DNA from: Candidatus Methylacidiphilales bacterium
GTDB lineage: Bacteria > Verrucomicrobiota > Verrucomicrobiia > Methylacidiphilales > UBA1321
Length of the DNA: 64,000 nucleotides
Direction: 5' to 3'
Assembly (NCBI GenBank): GCA_026225555.1
Contig: JAMFSY010000017.1
Location: 3,602 to 67,601 of the forward strand
In this document: positions 1 through 10,700 of the stretch, one piece after another
Layout: every line of letters begins with the position of its first letter
Position numbering within the stretch: position 1 is the first letter of the stretch
Notes under the pieces: generated by a model
Seen by the model: only the letters and a program-made list of their open reading frames with translations
Databases searched by the model: none
What the model was told of the DNA's origin: nothing
Made by a program: the position numbers and the translations under genes

Positions 1-107
1 ACCGCTTCCTAACGCTCCCTTGTGCGTTCTGAGGCTCCCTTTCGTGGTGTCCGACAAGACACCTAAGTCGGTCAGTTTTAAGAGGTAATCCTCTTGGAAA
101 AGAGGAG

Positions 108-179
108 AGCCGCTTATCAGATTTGAACTGATGACCCGCTCATTACGAATGAGCTGCTCTACCACTGAGCTAAAGCGGC
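108..179 (-). tRNA. tRNA-Thr(CGT), CCA not encoded
   Basis: Reverse complement GCCGCTTTAGCTCAGTGGTAGAGCAGCTCATTCGTAATGAGCGGGTCATCAGTTCAAATCTGATAAGCGGCT folds as a cloverleaf: acceptor GCCGCTT/AAGCGGC, anticodon stem GCTCA/TGAGC with loop TT-CGT-AA, T-loop GTTCAAAT. Confidence 0.93.
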
Positions 180-450
180 TTAAGTCTTACCGATAAAACC
201 AATTCCGGACGAGATGTCCAGAAATGATGGATGCCGGCCCGGACCGCTTGGGGCGGAACGGGATGGCATCGGAGGTGCATCTTACGCTTATTTTTGGAGG
301 GACGGCAAGCAGATCGGAAAAAAGGTGGGCAGAGCGATTGAGCGACAGGGTCAGGGCTGGATTAACTTCTGGACCAAAACCAAGCGCGTACTTTTTGGAG
401 GGGACCCTTCCGTTGCCGCATCATGCGGCCAGCAGCGCCCGAGCGAAACC

Positions 451-870
451 TTAGTATTTCGCGAATTTGTAGGCCTCGAACTGCCCATTCGCGGCGGCAG
501 CCTCCGTCCTGGCTAAAAGGGCCGCGACCTGCGCCGGGGTCATGGGTTGGAAATTCCGCGCCACGCCGAGGCCTTGGTTAAGGATGTCCGTCGAGTCGCA
601 TCCCGTAATGCAGACACTCACCGGCAGGTTCATCGCGAAGTTCAGGCATTCCATGGCGGTCACCGTGTTGCTCTTGAGGATGTCTCCGGAACCAACGGGC
701 TTCATGCCGAGAATACCGATAGTCTTTTGCGTCAGCACGGGAAGCACCCGCTGCCCGAAGCTGTTAAAATGGGCGTCCATGACATTGAGCGGCATTTGCA
801 CCGTACCGAAAAAGAAGCCGTGCCGATCCACCACCTCGAGCATGTGGAGATGGGCGCCGGGCGCCCGCCC
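451..870 (-). pseudogene. C-terminal fragment of an aldo/keto reductase (5' half absent)
   Basis: HLHMLEV...TVQMPLNVMDAHF.SF...VLP......IGILGMKP...ECLNFAMNLPVSVCITGCDS resembles the C-terminal part of AKR oxidoreductases. No N-terminal catalytic half is visible upstream. The 5' boundary is approximate. Confidence 0.65.
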
Positions 871-1008
871 GCCAGTTGGCCGCAGCAAATGTAACGTGAG
901 GCCGGTCGAGTCAACCGGCAGGCGGGTTCCTCCCTGACGCATCCACCGGGGTAACGGAGGCAAGCTGCGTCTTTTAAAATCACGAATGACACGCTAAAAA
1001 GGGCCAAA

Positions 1009-4000
1009 ATGAATCTCTCCATCGGCACCAAGATCGCCTGCGGATTTGCCCTGGCTCTCCTCGCTTTACTCGTCGTCGGCACGGTTTCCCGGTCCAACCT
1101 CCAGGAGTTGGACTCCGATGCGGGCTGGGTCACCCATACGATCCTGGTCCAGCAGAAACTGGAGGGCCTGCAGGCCGGCCTGCTGCAGGTCGAAAGCAGT
1201 TCCCGGGGTTATACCCTCGTGCCCGACGTGGAATTCAAGGCGTTGTCGAAGGACGCCGCCGCCCAGGTCAATTCCAACTTCCGTGAGCTCCGGACGCTCA
1301 CGGCGGACAAGCAGATCGAACAAGAACGTCTCGATAAATTGGAACCCTTGCTTTCCGAGCGGCTGAGTGAGCTGCAAAAACTGATGGACCTGCGCGACGC
1401 TGCCTCGCCCGCCCTCGACGCTCAGAGGGTGCCCCTGATCACCAGCGGCAAGGAATCGATGACGGAGATCCGTCAGTTGATTTCCGATATGATGAATGAG
1501 GAGCAAGGTCTCCTGACCGACCGCCAGGCTCGCGCGGTCAGCACAGCCCAGTGGACGGAGTTCAGCATTATTTACGGAACGCTGCTGGCCTTTGTGCTGG
1601 TCGGTCTCGTGGCCTTTCTCATCACCCGCAGCATCGTCTCACCGCTTAAGTTGCTGGGGGAAGGCGCGGCCAGGATCGGCGGCGGCAACTACGGGCATCG
1701 GGTCACGACCAAGTCCAAGGATGAAGTCGGTGATCTCGCCACTCTTTTCAATCGCATGGCCGCCCAAGTGGAAGAGCGCCAGAATGCCCAATCGGAACAG
1801 GATTGGCTGAAGACGGGCCTGACCCGGTTTGCCACGCTTTTCCAGAGCCAGCGGAATCCCGTCGTCGTCTGCCAAACGATCCTGACGGAACTGGCCTCGC
1901 TGCTGGACGCGCGCCACTCAGTGCTCTACGTCCCCGACCGAAAGACGAGCGGTGCCGCGCTCAAGTTACAGGCGAGCTATGCCTCGGATGTCGCGCCTGA
2001 AGCGATCAGGCCGGGCGAAGGCCTGGTCGGGCAGGCTTTCGTGGATAAGGAGCGCATCGTTCTTCAGGACATCCCGGATGATTATATCCAGGTCAACTCC
2101 GCCCTCGGAGAGGCCAAGCCGAAGGCCCTCGTCGTGCAACCCGCGATCTTTCAGGGCGAGGTCAAAGCGGTGCTGGAGTTGGCGGCTCTTCAACCTTTCA
2201 CGCCCATCCAGCTCCTCTTTCTGGCCCAGTTGGCCGAGAGCATTGGCATCGTCCTGCACACCATCGAGGGCAGCCTTCGCACGGAGGAATTGTTAAAACA
2301 GGCGCAGGTCCTCTCGGAAAACCTCCAGGCGCGACAGACCGAACTCAGTCTCAAGAACCTGGAATTGGAAAACCAGACGGAACGGCTCCGCAGCTCGGAG
2401 ATCATGCTGCAGGAGCAGCAGGAGGAGCTCAAGCAGACCAACGAGGAGATCGAACAGGCCAACGAAGAACTCCAGCAGACGAACGAGGAAATGGAGGAAA
2501 AGGTCAACCTCCTCGCGGAGCAGAAGAAGGAGATGGAACACGCCAATCGCGAAATCGAATCGGCCCGCATCGAACTCGAGGAGAAGGCCGAACAAATCGC
2601 GCTCTCCTCCAAGTACAAATCGGACTTCCTGGCCAGCATGTCGCACGAGCTCCGCACGCCGCTCAACAGTCTCCTCATTCTTTCGAAGCTGCTGGCGGAT
2701 AATTCGGAGTCCAACCTCACCGGCAAGCAGGTCCAGTACGCCAGCACCATCTACTCTTCCGGCAACGATCTGCTCGAATTGATCAACGAGATTCTCGATC
2801 TCTCCAAAATCGAATCGGGCGCCGTGGTCATGGAACCGGATGACGCACCGCTCAGCGAACTGCGCGACTTCGTCGAGCACAGCTTCCGCCATGTCGCCGA
2901 AACAAAGAATCTCGAGTTCAGCCTCGACCTCGATGCACAGCTCCCGGCCACGATCCAGACGGATCTCCGGCGCCTCGAACAGATCCTGAAAAATCTTCTA
3001 TCCAACGCGTTCAAATTCACGGAGCGAGGTTCCGTCAAGCTGAGGATCCTGCCCGTCACGGGAGGATGGAATCCGCAATCCGAAACGTTGAATCGCGCGC
3101 AGAAGGTCATCGCCTTTGCCGTGTCGGATACCGGGATCGGCATTCCGGAAAACAAACAGCAATTGATTTTTGAGGCGTTTCAACAGGCCGAAGCCGGCAC
3201 GGCCCGCAGATTCGGCGGAACGGGACTGGGTCTTTCCATCAGCCGTGAACTTGCCGCGCTGCTTGGCGGCTCGCTGCAGGTCAGCAGCACTCCGGGCCAC
3301 GGCAGCACCTTTACGCTTTACCTGCCGACCCTCTTCGCGGCAGACCATGCGAAGGCATCGGGGAGTCCGTCTCCCTCCGCCCAGAAACCCCCTCAACCGC
3401 GACGGTCCGCCGCGGCGCGCACCGAAGAGCCCGTCATTCCAGTCGAAGCGGTCTCAGCCGATAGCGACGGCATGGACGATGATCGCGGCAAGCTCAGCCC
3501 CGGCGACGTCGTGCTTCTCATCATCGAGGATGACCGCAACTTCGCGCGCATCATGATGGATTTTGCGCGGGAAAAACGGTTCAAGGTCCTCGTGGCCCGC
3601 AATGCCGCGCAAGGCATCGCCTGGGCGCGCCAGGTTATTCCTTCAGCCATCACACTGGATCTCCATCTGCCCGATAACGACGGCTGGGTCGTGCTCGATC
3701 AGCTCAAGCACGATCAGCGGACGCGGCACATTCCCATTCACGTCATCTCCGTCGATGAGGAACGCGAACGGAGCCTGCGCCTGGGGGCGGTCTCCTATTT
3801 CCAGAAGCCGGTGAGCAAGGAAAGCGTCGATGCCGCGCTCAACCAGACGATCGAGTTCATCAATCGTCCGCTCAAGAATCTGCTCATCATCGAGGACGAT
3901 CCGGTGCAGCGGCAGAGCCTGGTCGAACTTATCGGCAACGGCGATGTCCACACCTCGGCCGTCGGCAACGCCGCCGACGCCTTTGCCGCGATGGACGAGA

Positions 4001-4677
4001 CCCACTTCGATTGCGTCGTGCTCGATCTCGGCCTGCCCGATCAGAATGGGCTCGAATTGATCCGCGAAATCCATCGCAAGTATGGCGCCCATTCCCCGCC
4101 CATCATTGTCTACACGGGCAAGGAATTGACCCGCCAGGAGGAGACCGAACTGCGCCTGATCTCCGATTCGATCGTGATCAAGAATGTCCGCTCCCCCGAA
4201 CGGCTGCTCGACGAGACAGCCCTCTTCCTTCATCGCGTGCAGACGAAACTTCCCGAAGGCAAACGCCGCATGATCGAGCAGGGCCAGAAGAACGAATCGA
4301 TCCTCTCCGGCCGCCACGTGCTGGTGGTCGATGACGACGTGCGCAACATCTTCGCCGTGACCTCCGCGCTGGAAGCCTCGCAGATGCGCGTCTCCTACGC
4401 CGAGAGCGGCCAGGACGGCATCGATCTTCTGCAAAGGCAACCGGACATCGAAGTCGTTCTCATGGACGTGATGATGCCGGAGATGGATGGCTTCGAGGCC
4501 ATCCGACGCATCCGACGCATCGAGCGTTTCAAAAAGCTGCCCATCATCTCCGTCACCGCGAAGGCGATGAAGGGCGATCGCGAAAAATGTCTCGAGGCGG
4601 GCGCTTCTGATTACATCACCAAGCCGGTCGACATGGATCAGCTTCGATCCCTCCTGCGCGTCTGGCTCTACAAATGA
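1009..4677 (+). CDS. Hybrid sensor histidine kinase (CHASE3-HAMP-GAF-coiled coil-HisKA-HATPase_c-3x REC)
   Basis: Two TM helices flank a CHASE3-like periplasmic region. H-box FLASMSHELRTPLN, N-box NLLSNAFKFT, G-boxes DTGIGI/GGTGLGL, three receiver domains. Confidence 0.95.
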   Translation: MNLSIGTKIACGFALALLALLVVGTVSRSNLQELDSDAGWVTHTILVQQKLEGLQAGLLQVESSSRGYTLVPDVEFKALSKDAAAQVNSNFRELRTLTADKQIEQERLDKLEPLLSERLSELQKLMDLRDAASPALDAQRVPLITSGKESMTEIRQLISDMMNEEQGLLTDRQARAVSTAQWTEFSIIYGTLLAFVLVGLVAFLITRSIVSPLKLLGEGAARIGGGNYGHRVTTKSKDEVGDLATLFNRMAAQVEERQNAQSEQDWLKTGLTRFATLFQSQRNPVVVCQTILTELASLLDARHSVLYVPDRKTSGAALKLQASYASDVAPEAIRPGEGLVGQAFVDKERIVLQDIPDDYIQVNSALGEAKPKALVVQPAIFQGEVKAVLELAALQPFTPIQLLFLAQLAESIGIVLHTIEGSLRTEELLKQAQVLSENLQARQTELSLKNLELENQTERLRSSEIMLQEQQEELKQTNEEIEQANEELQQTNEEMEEKVNLLAEQKKEMEHANREIESARIELEEKAEQIALSSKYKSDFLASMSHELRTPLNSLLILSKLLADNSESNLTGKQVQYASTIYSSGNDLLELINEILDLSKIESGAVVMEPDDAPLSELRDFVEHSFRHVAETKNLEFSLDLDAQLPATIQTDLRRLEQILKNLLSNAFKFTERGSVKLRILPVTGGWNPQSETLNRAQKVIAFAVSDTGIGIPENKQQLIFEAFQQAEAGTARRFGGTGLGLSISRELAALLGGSLQVSSTPGHGSTFTLYLPTLFAADHAKASGSPSPSAQKPPQPRRSAAARTEEPVIPVEAVSADSDGMDDDRGKLSPGDVVLLIIEDDRNFARIMMDFAREKRFKVLVARNAAQGIAWARQVIPSAITLDLHLPDNDGWVVLDQLKHDQRTRHIPIHVISVDEERERSLRLGAVSYFQKPVSKESVDAALNQTIEFINRPLKNLLIIEDDPVQRQSLVELIGNGDVHTSAVGNAADAFAAMDETHFDCVVLDLGLPDQNGLELIREIHRKYGAHSPPIIVYTGKELTRQEETELRLISDSIVIKNVRSPERLLDETALFLHRVQTKLPEGKRRMIEQGQKNESILSGRHVLVVDDDVRNIFAVTSALEASQMRVSYAESGQDGIDLLQRQPDIEVVLMDVMMPEMDGFEAIRRIRRIERFKKLPIISVTAKAMKGDREKCLEAGASDYITKPVDMDQLRSLLRVWLYK

Positions 4678-4708
4678 GGATTCGAAGCGAAGACCCCGAA
4701 GGGCGGGT

Positions 4709-5563
4709 ATGGTAGAAGATGTGAAGCTTCCTCTCCGCCAAGCCAAACCCGACCCCGAGGCGGTCGAGCTTCGCGACTTGCTGGAATCCGTCTTTGATCG
4801 TTACGGCGTCGATTTTCGGGACTACGCCTATTCCTCGGTCAAGCGGCGGGTCATGCGCCGCGTCCTGGACGAGAAGACCGGAACCATCTCCGCGCTGAAG
4901 GAAAAGGTGCTCGCCGATCCCCTCGCCATGGATCGCCTGCAGGTGGAACTCACCATTCACGTGACCGCGATGTTTCGCGATCCGGGTTTCTTCAGGGCCT
5001 TTCGCGAAAAGGTCGTCCCGGCCTTGAAGACGTACCCCTTTCTGCGCCTGTGGGTCGCGGGGTGCTCGACCGGCGAGGAGGTCTACTCCCTCGCCATTCT
5101 CCTGCGCGAAGAGGGACTACACGACCGCTGCCGGATTTACGCGACCGATGTCAGCGACCGCGTCCTGAGCAAGGCCAAGGCGGGAATTTATCCGCTCTCC
5201 GCCATGCAGGAGTACACGCGCAATTATCAACAAGCCGGTGGCCAGCACGCGTTCGCGGAGTATTATACAGCTGACAGTGACTTCGCCATTTTTCGCCCCT
5301 TTTTACGGGATAACGTTCTCTTTGCCGCTCACAATCTCGCGGGTGACGCCTCGTTCAACGAATTCAACGCCATCTTCTGCCGTAACGTCATGATTTACTT
5401 CAACCGGTCACTGCAGGACCGTGTGCATGGGCTTTTTCATGAAAGCCTGCTCATGTATGGTTACCTGGGCTTGGGACGAAGCGAAACCATGCGATTTTCC
5501 TCTCACGAAAACTATTACGAACCCATCGCCGTCAAAGAGCGGCTGTATCGGAAAATCAAATGA
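4709..5563 (+). CDS. cheR: CheR-family protein-glutamate O-methyltransferase
   Basis: YGVDFRDYAYSSVKRR, VTAMFRDP, RLWVAGCSTGEEVYSLAI, IYATD, IFCRNVMIYF. Confidence 0.93.
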   Translation: MVEDVKLPLRQAKPDPEAVELRDLLESVFDRYGVDFRDYAYSSVKRRVMRRVLDEKTGTISALKEKVLADPLAMDRLQVELTIHVTAMFRDPGFFRAFREKVVPALKTYPFLRLWVAGCSTGEEVYSLAILLREEGLHDRCRIYATDVSDRVLSKAKAGIYPLSAMQEYTRNYQQAGGQHAFAEYYTADSDFAIFRPFLRDNVLFAAHNLAGDASFNEFNAIFCRNVMIYFNRSLQDRVHGLFHESLLMYGYLGLGRSETMRFSSHENYYEPIAVKERLYRKIK

Positions 5564-6129
5564 TCGTCATCGGCGGATCCTTGGGCGGCATGAAGGCGCT
5601 TCGCGTTATCTTAAAGGAGCTACCCGCCACCTTTCCCCTCCCCATCGCGTGCGCCCTGCATCGCCGGCGCGAGCCGGATGATCTTCTCAGCCACATTCTC
5701 CAGCAGGACAGCGCAATTCCGGTCAGCGAAGCGCTGGACAAGGAACCGATTTGTGGAAGCCACGTTTACATCGCCCCGCCCGATTATCATCTCCAGGTCG
5801 ATCCGCTCAATTTCAGCCTCTCCATCGATGATCCGGTGCAATATGCCCGGCCCTCCATCGATGTCCTTTTTGAATCAGCCGCGGATGCGTTCGGCCCGGC
5901 GGTCATCGCCATCGTGCTTACCGGTGCAAACCACGACGGTCAACGGGGGGCGGCGCGGATTCAGTCCCGCGGAGGCCTCATCATCGTGCAGGATCCCGAG
6001 ACGTCGGAAAGCCCGGTCATGCCGCAGGCCACGCTGGATGCGACTGGAACCCGGCACGTTTATTCACCGGAAAAAATTGGTGCTTTCCTGCTGAAACTGG
6101 TTGTTCCTGATACTTCTAAAAATCGATGA
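5560..6129 (+). CDS. cheB: Stand-alone CheB-type methylesterase (no receiver domain)
   Basis: IVIGGSLGG, LH, APPDYHL, RPSIDVLFESAA, VLTGANHDG, QDP...PVMP. Overlaps cheR by 4 nt. Confidence 0.9.
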   Translation: MIVIGGSLGGMKALRVILKELPATFPLPIACALHRRREPDDLLSHILQQDSAIPVSEALDKEPICGSHVYIAPPDYHLQVDPLNFSLSIDDPVQYARPSIDVLFESAADAFGPAVIAIVLTGANHDGQRGAARIQSRGGLIIVQDPETSESPVMPQATLDATGTRHVYSPEKIGAFLLKLVVPDTSKNR

Positions 6130-7322
6130 AATCGGCCCCCAAGGTAAACATCCTGATCGTCGATGACGAGCCGTCCAATCTCCTCGCGCTCGAGGCGACG
6201 CTCGATAATTTGCAGCAGAATCTCGTCAAGGCCTCCTCGGGCAAGGAAGCGCTCCGCCAAGTGCTGGACAAGGATTTCGCCGTCATCCTGCTCGACGTGC
6301 AGATGCCCGGCATGAACGGCTTCGAGACCGCCGCCGCCATCCGCGAGCGGGAACGGTCCCGCCACATTCCGATCATCTTCCTTACCGGCGTGGTCAAGAC
6401 CGATGAGATGATGTTCAAGGGCTACTCTGCCGGGGCGGTCGATTACCTGATGAAGCCGATCATGCCCGAGGTCCTCCAGGCGAAGGTCGATGTCTTCGTG
6501 GAACTCGCCATCTCGCGGTTCAAATTGCAGGAGGAAATCCTGGAGCGCACCCGCAACGCCGCCGAAATATCCAGCCTCAATCTCGAGCTCGAGCAGAAGA
6601 ACAAGGCACTGGAGGAACGCACCGCCGTCCTCCAGGAAACGATTTCCGAATTGGACAGTTATTCCTACAGCATCTCCCACGATATGCGCGCGCCGCTGCG
6701 CTCGATGAAGGGCTACTCCGACATTCTTATCGAGGAATGCTTTTCCGAGCTTTCGACGGAGCATCAAGCCTACCTGCGCAAGATATCCTCCGCCGCGAAC
6801 CGCCTGGATCATCTCATCCAGGATGTGCTGAGCTACAGCTGGCTTTCGCGCTCCAAGTTCAAATTGCAGGAGATCGACATCGATCGGCTCACCCGCGAAA
6901 TCATCGAACAGTATCCCGGCATGCAGTTCCCGCAGGCGGACGTCCAGGTCGAAGGCATTCTCCCCCGTGTCTGGGCCAACGAGGCGACGCTTACCCAATG
7001 CATCTCAAATCTCCTGGGCAACGCCATCAAATTCATTGCCCCCGGAATCACGCCCCGCGTTCGCATCCGGGCGGATCGCAACGGCCCCAACGCCCGATTC
7101 TGGTTTGAGGATAACGGCATCGGAATCGCCCCGCGCGATCAGGAACGCATCTTCGGCATCTTCGTCAAAGTCCATCCCACGCAGGAATATACCGGCACCG
7201 GCATCGGCCTCAGCATCGTCCGGCGCGCAGCGGAAAAGATGGGTGGCAAAGTCGGCTTGGAATCGGTTCTTGGGGAAGGCACCCGGTTCTGGTTAGAATT
7301 ACGGGCAGTCGAGACCTTATGA
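6126..7322 (+). CDS. REC-HisKA-HATPase hybrid kinase
   Basis: N-terminal receiver (ILIVDD, LLDVQMPGMNG), SISHDMRAPLR H-box, NLLGNAIKF, GTGIGLSIV. Confidence 0.93.
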   Translation: MKSAPKVNILIVDDEPSNLLALEATLDNLQQNLVKASSGKEALRQVLDKDFAVILLDVQMPGMNGFETAAAIRERERSRHIPIIFLTGVVKTDEMMFKGYSAGAVDYLMKPIMPEVLQAKVDVFVELAISRFKLQEEILERTRNAAEISSLNLELEQKNKALEERTAVLQETISELDSYSYSISHDMRAPLRSMKGYSDILIEECFSELSTEHQAYLRKISSAANRLDHLIQDVLSYSWLSRSKFKLQEIDIDRLTREIIEQYPGMQFPQADVQVEGILPRVWANEATLTQCISNLLGNAIKFIAPGITPRVRIRADRNGPNARFWFEDNGIGIAPRDQERIFGIFVKVHPTQEYTGTGIGLSIVRRAAEKMGGKVGLESVLGEGTRFWLELRAVETL

Positions 7323-7753
7323 AGACAATTTTGCTGGTGGAGGATACGGAGGATGACGTGTTCTTTCTCAAGCGCGCGCTCCGCGATTCCGGCATAAAAA
7401 ATCCACTGCAGGTGGTGGTCGATGGCCAACAGGCCCTCGACTATCTCGACGGCAAAAAGCACTACGCCGACCGGGAGAAGTATCCTTTGCCCTTCCTCAT
7501 CCTGCTCGATTTGAAGCTGCCCTATGTCATGGGCCTCGACGTCCTGAAATGGATTCGCGAGCGCCCGGCGTTCGAGACCGTGCTCGTCGTCGTCCTGACT
7601 TCCTCGCAGGAGGACAGCGACATCACCGCGACCTACCGGCTTGGCGGCAATTCTTATCTGATCAAACCGCCCAACCGGGAAAAGCTCCTCGAGTTGGTGA
7701 AAAGTCTGGGCGAATACTGGATTCGCCACAATGAGATCCCGGTCATCGAATAG
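7319..7753 (+). CDS. Single-domain response regulator
   Basis: ILLVEDTEDD, LLDLKLP, VLTSS, YLIKP. Confidence 0.92.
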   Translation: MKTILLVEDTEDDVFFLKRALRDSGIKNPLQVVVDGQQALDYLDGKKHYADREKYPLPFLILLDLKLPYVMGLDVLKWIRERPAFETVLVVVLTSSQEDSDITATYRLGGNSYLIKPPNREKLLELVKSLGEYWIRHNEIPVIE

Positions 7754-7783
7754 ACCGAAGACGCCAAGACATCCTTCCGCCGA

Positions 7784-10700
7784 TCAGGCCTTCCGGGAGA
7801 CGGTTCGCAACATGTTTTGCAGGTTTTCCGGCCCCAGGGGCTTGCTTAGATAACCGTCGAAGCCGAGCCCCATGAATCTCTCCCTGTCTCCTTCCAGCGC
7901 TTCCGCGGTCAGCGCGACGATGAAGGGACATTGATCCTCCATCTTCTCCCGCAGTCGCCGCGTGGTTTCCATCCCATCCATCTCAGGCATCTGGATGTCC
8001 ATGAAAATGAGGTCGTAAGTGGCTTTCTCCAGCGCTTCGAGGACCTGCTTGCCGTTGTTGGCCAGGTCGGCGTGATAACCAAGTTTACCGAGCATGAGCA
8101 GGCCCACTTTCTGATTCACGGCATTGTCCTCGGCGAGGAGAATCCGAAGTGGCTTGAGCTGCGCCATGCCCCCGTCAAACCGATCGGCGGGACGGTTCTT
8201 GCGCGAGGTCTTCACGCTCATACCGGTGAGATTCTGCAAAGCGCGGAGCAGGTGTGATTGCTTGATGGGCTTCGGAATCTGCGCCGCAAAAAGTTCGGCG
8301 TCCCCGCCCGTCTCGATGTCCCCGCTCGAGGAAAGAAGGATGAGCGGGACTGGAGAAACCTTGTGAATTTCCCGACCGAGGCAGATTCCACTCATCCCCG
8401 GCATCTGCTTGTCGAGCAGCACGACATCGAAGTTCTGTTTCCCAAGTTTCTCCAGGGCTTCCGCTCCCGAGGAAACGAGAGTCGGGGTCATGCCCCAGGT
8501 AATCAATTGTGTGCCCAGGATTTTCCGGTTCGCATCGTTGTCATCCACCACCAGCACCGCGCATGACTTCAGGAGATTCTGCTCCCCGAGCGAGTCGAGG
8601 CCGCCCTGCACGGACCGTCCCTCCAGCACGATGTTGAAGAAGAAGGTCGATCCCACGCCCGGTTCGCTCTCCACCCACATCGTGCCACGCATTAATTCCG
8701 TCAACCGTTTGCTGATGGCCAGGCCCAGCCCTGTTCCGCCGTAACGGCGCGTGGTTGAAGTATCGACCTGCTGAAAGGACTGGAAAAGTTTCGCCACGCT
8801 CTCCTTGGGAATACCGATACCCGTATCGGTGACCGAGAAGAGGAGATGGAAACCCTTCTCGTCCCGCTTCTGGCATTGGACATGAACGATGACTTCCCCA
8901 CGCTCGGTGAACTTGACCGCGTTGCCGATGAGATTCATCAGGATCTGCCGCAGGCGGATCGCGTCGCCCACCAGATTCATGGGAACTTCCGGCGCGATCA
9001 GATAGGCGGCTTCGAGCTTCTTTTCCCGGATCCGCGCCGCGAAAAGATCGATCGCATCCTCGATACATTGCCGCAGATCGAAGGAGCGCTGCTCGAGATC
9101 CATCTTACCCGATTCGATCTTCGAGAAATCGAGCACGTCGTTGATCACCGACATCAAAGCCTCGCCGCTGGTCTGGATGGTGTGGACGCATTCCCGCTGG
9201 GCCTGGGTCAGACTGGTGTCGGCGAGGATGCTGGTCATCCCAATCACGCCGTTCATGGGCGTCCGAATTTCGTGACTCATGATGGCGAGAAATTCGCTCT
9301 TCGCCTTTTCCGCCGCCTTGGCCACACGGGCCAATTCCTGCTCTTGGGCGAGGGAGGCGAGAAGAAGTTCCTGGCTTTTATGCAGGGCGAGCAGGGCATT
9401 TTTCGACGCGGTGATATCCTGGAAAGTCCCCAGGACCCGTTGCAGCACCCCACCGTAGAACTCGGCCTCGCCCATCGTCCGTATCCAGATCTGGCGCCCC
9501 TTGGCCGTGACGAACTTGACCTCGAGGTCGAACGGCGTGCCGTCCTTGGCGCATGCCCTGACTGCATCCTTCACGATTTCCTGCGATTCCGGGGCATAGA
9601 AACTTAGCGCCTCCTCCACGGTCGGACGATAATCGAGCGGCTTCTCGTGGATGTGATAGACCTCCTCTGTCCAACGGATGGTGCGACTCGGGTATTCGAT
9701 CGTCCACCCGCCCACCTTCGACATTCTTCCCGCCAGACTGAGCAGGAGCTCGTTCTGGCGAAGTTGCTCCTCCGCCAGGCGGCGCTTGGTCACGTCGGTG
9801 AAATTGACGATCACCCCATCGCCGAGCTTGGCCACCCGCGCAAAGAACCACTTGGCACTGGCAATGTGACTGTAGAGAAATTCAAAGGATGTCCCCTCCC
9901 CGCTCTCAGTCACCTTCTTGTAACGTTGGAAGCGTCCATCGGTGAGCGCGGTGGAATCGTGTTCCATCAGGGTCAGGACCCGGCGCTTGCTCAAATCTCC
10001 CTGCGTGAGATCTTCCGCGGCCCGGTTGCAGAAGGTCATCTGGAAATCGACGATTTGTTTCGTCGAATCGCGAATGGCCTGCATAACGAAAAGACCGTTT
10101 GGCGAGCCGTTAATGACATTGCCGAGCAAGGCGCGCGCCTCCAGGACTTCATCCAGCGCGCGGGCGCGCCGCTCCACGGAAGAAAAGCCGAACCAGACCA
10201 GCGGCCCGAGTGTAAGCAGGCTGCCGGCCCCAGCCAGCCAAACCCCGAGGCTGATCTCCCGCACGCCCTGCCAGACGAGCACATCCGGCAGCTTGCTCAG
10301 GAGCTTCCAACGCAACTGGTCCCCGCCTTGAATGGGCATGCGGAGCGGAGGATAATCAATCGCCGGGTTCGCCGAGTCGAGACTTTGGAAGCAATATAGA
10401 TTTCCCTGGTATTCGAAATAACCAGCCGCTTGCGACGCGATCTTGTTCCATAAAGCGGGATCGTCCCGGCGGAGGTTGACCCCTTTCCGATCGGGATAGC
10501 GAAAACCCAATTCCGCATCCGGGGTGTGGCCGTGCAGCCAGAAGCCGTCCGCACTTAAGAGCAGACTTTCCGCCGAGCCCGCACGGTCGGGAATCGTTTG
10601 GCGCCATAGTTGATCGCTTCGATAATTGAGGATGAGCACGGCCCGCGGTTTGCCATCCAGGCCGACAATTTGCCCACTGATGCAAATCACCGGCCTACCG

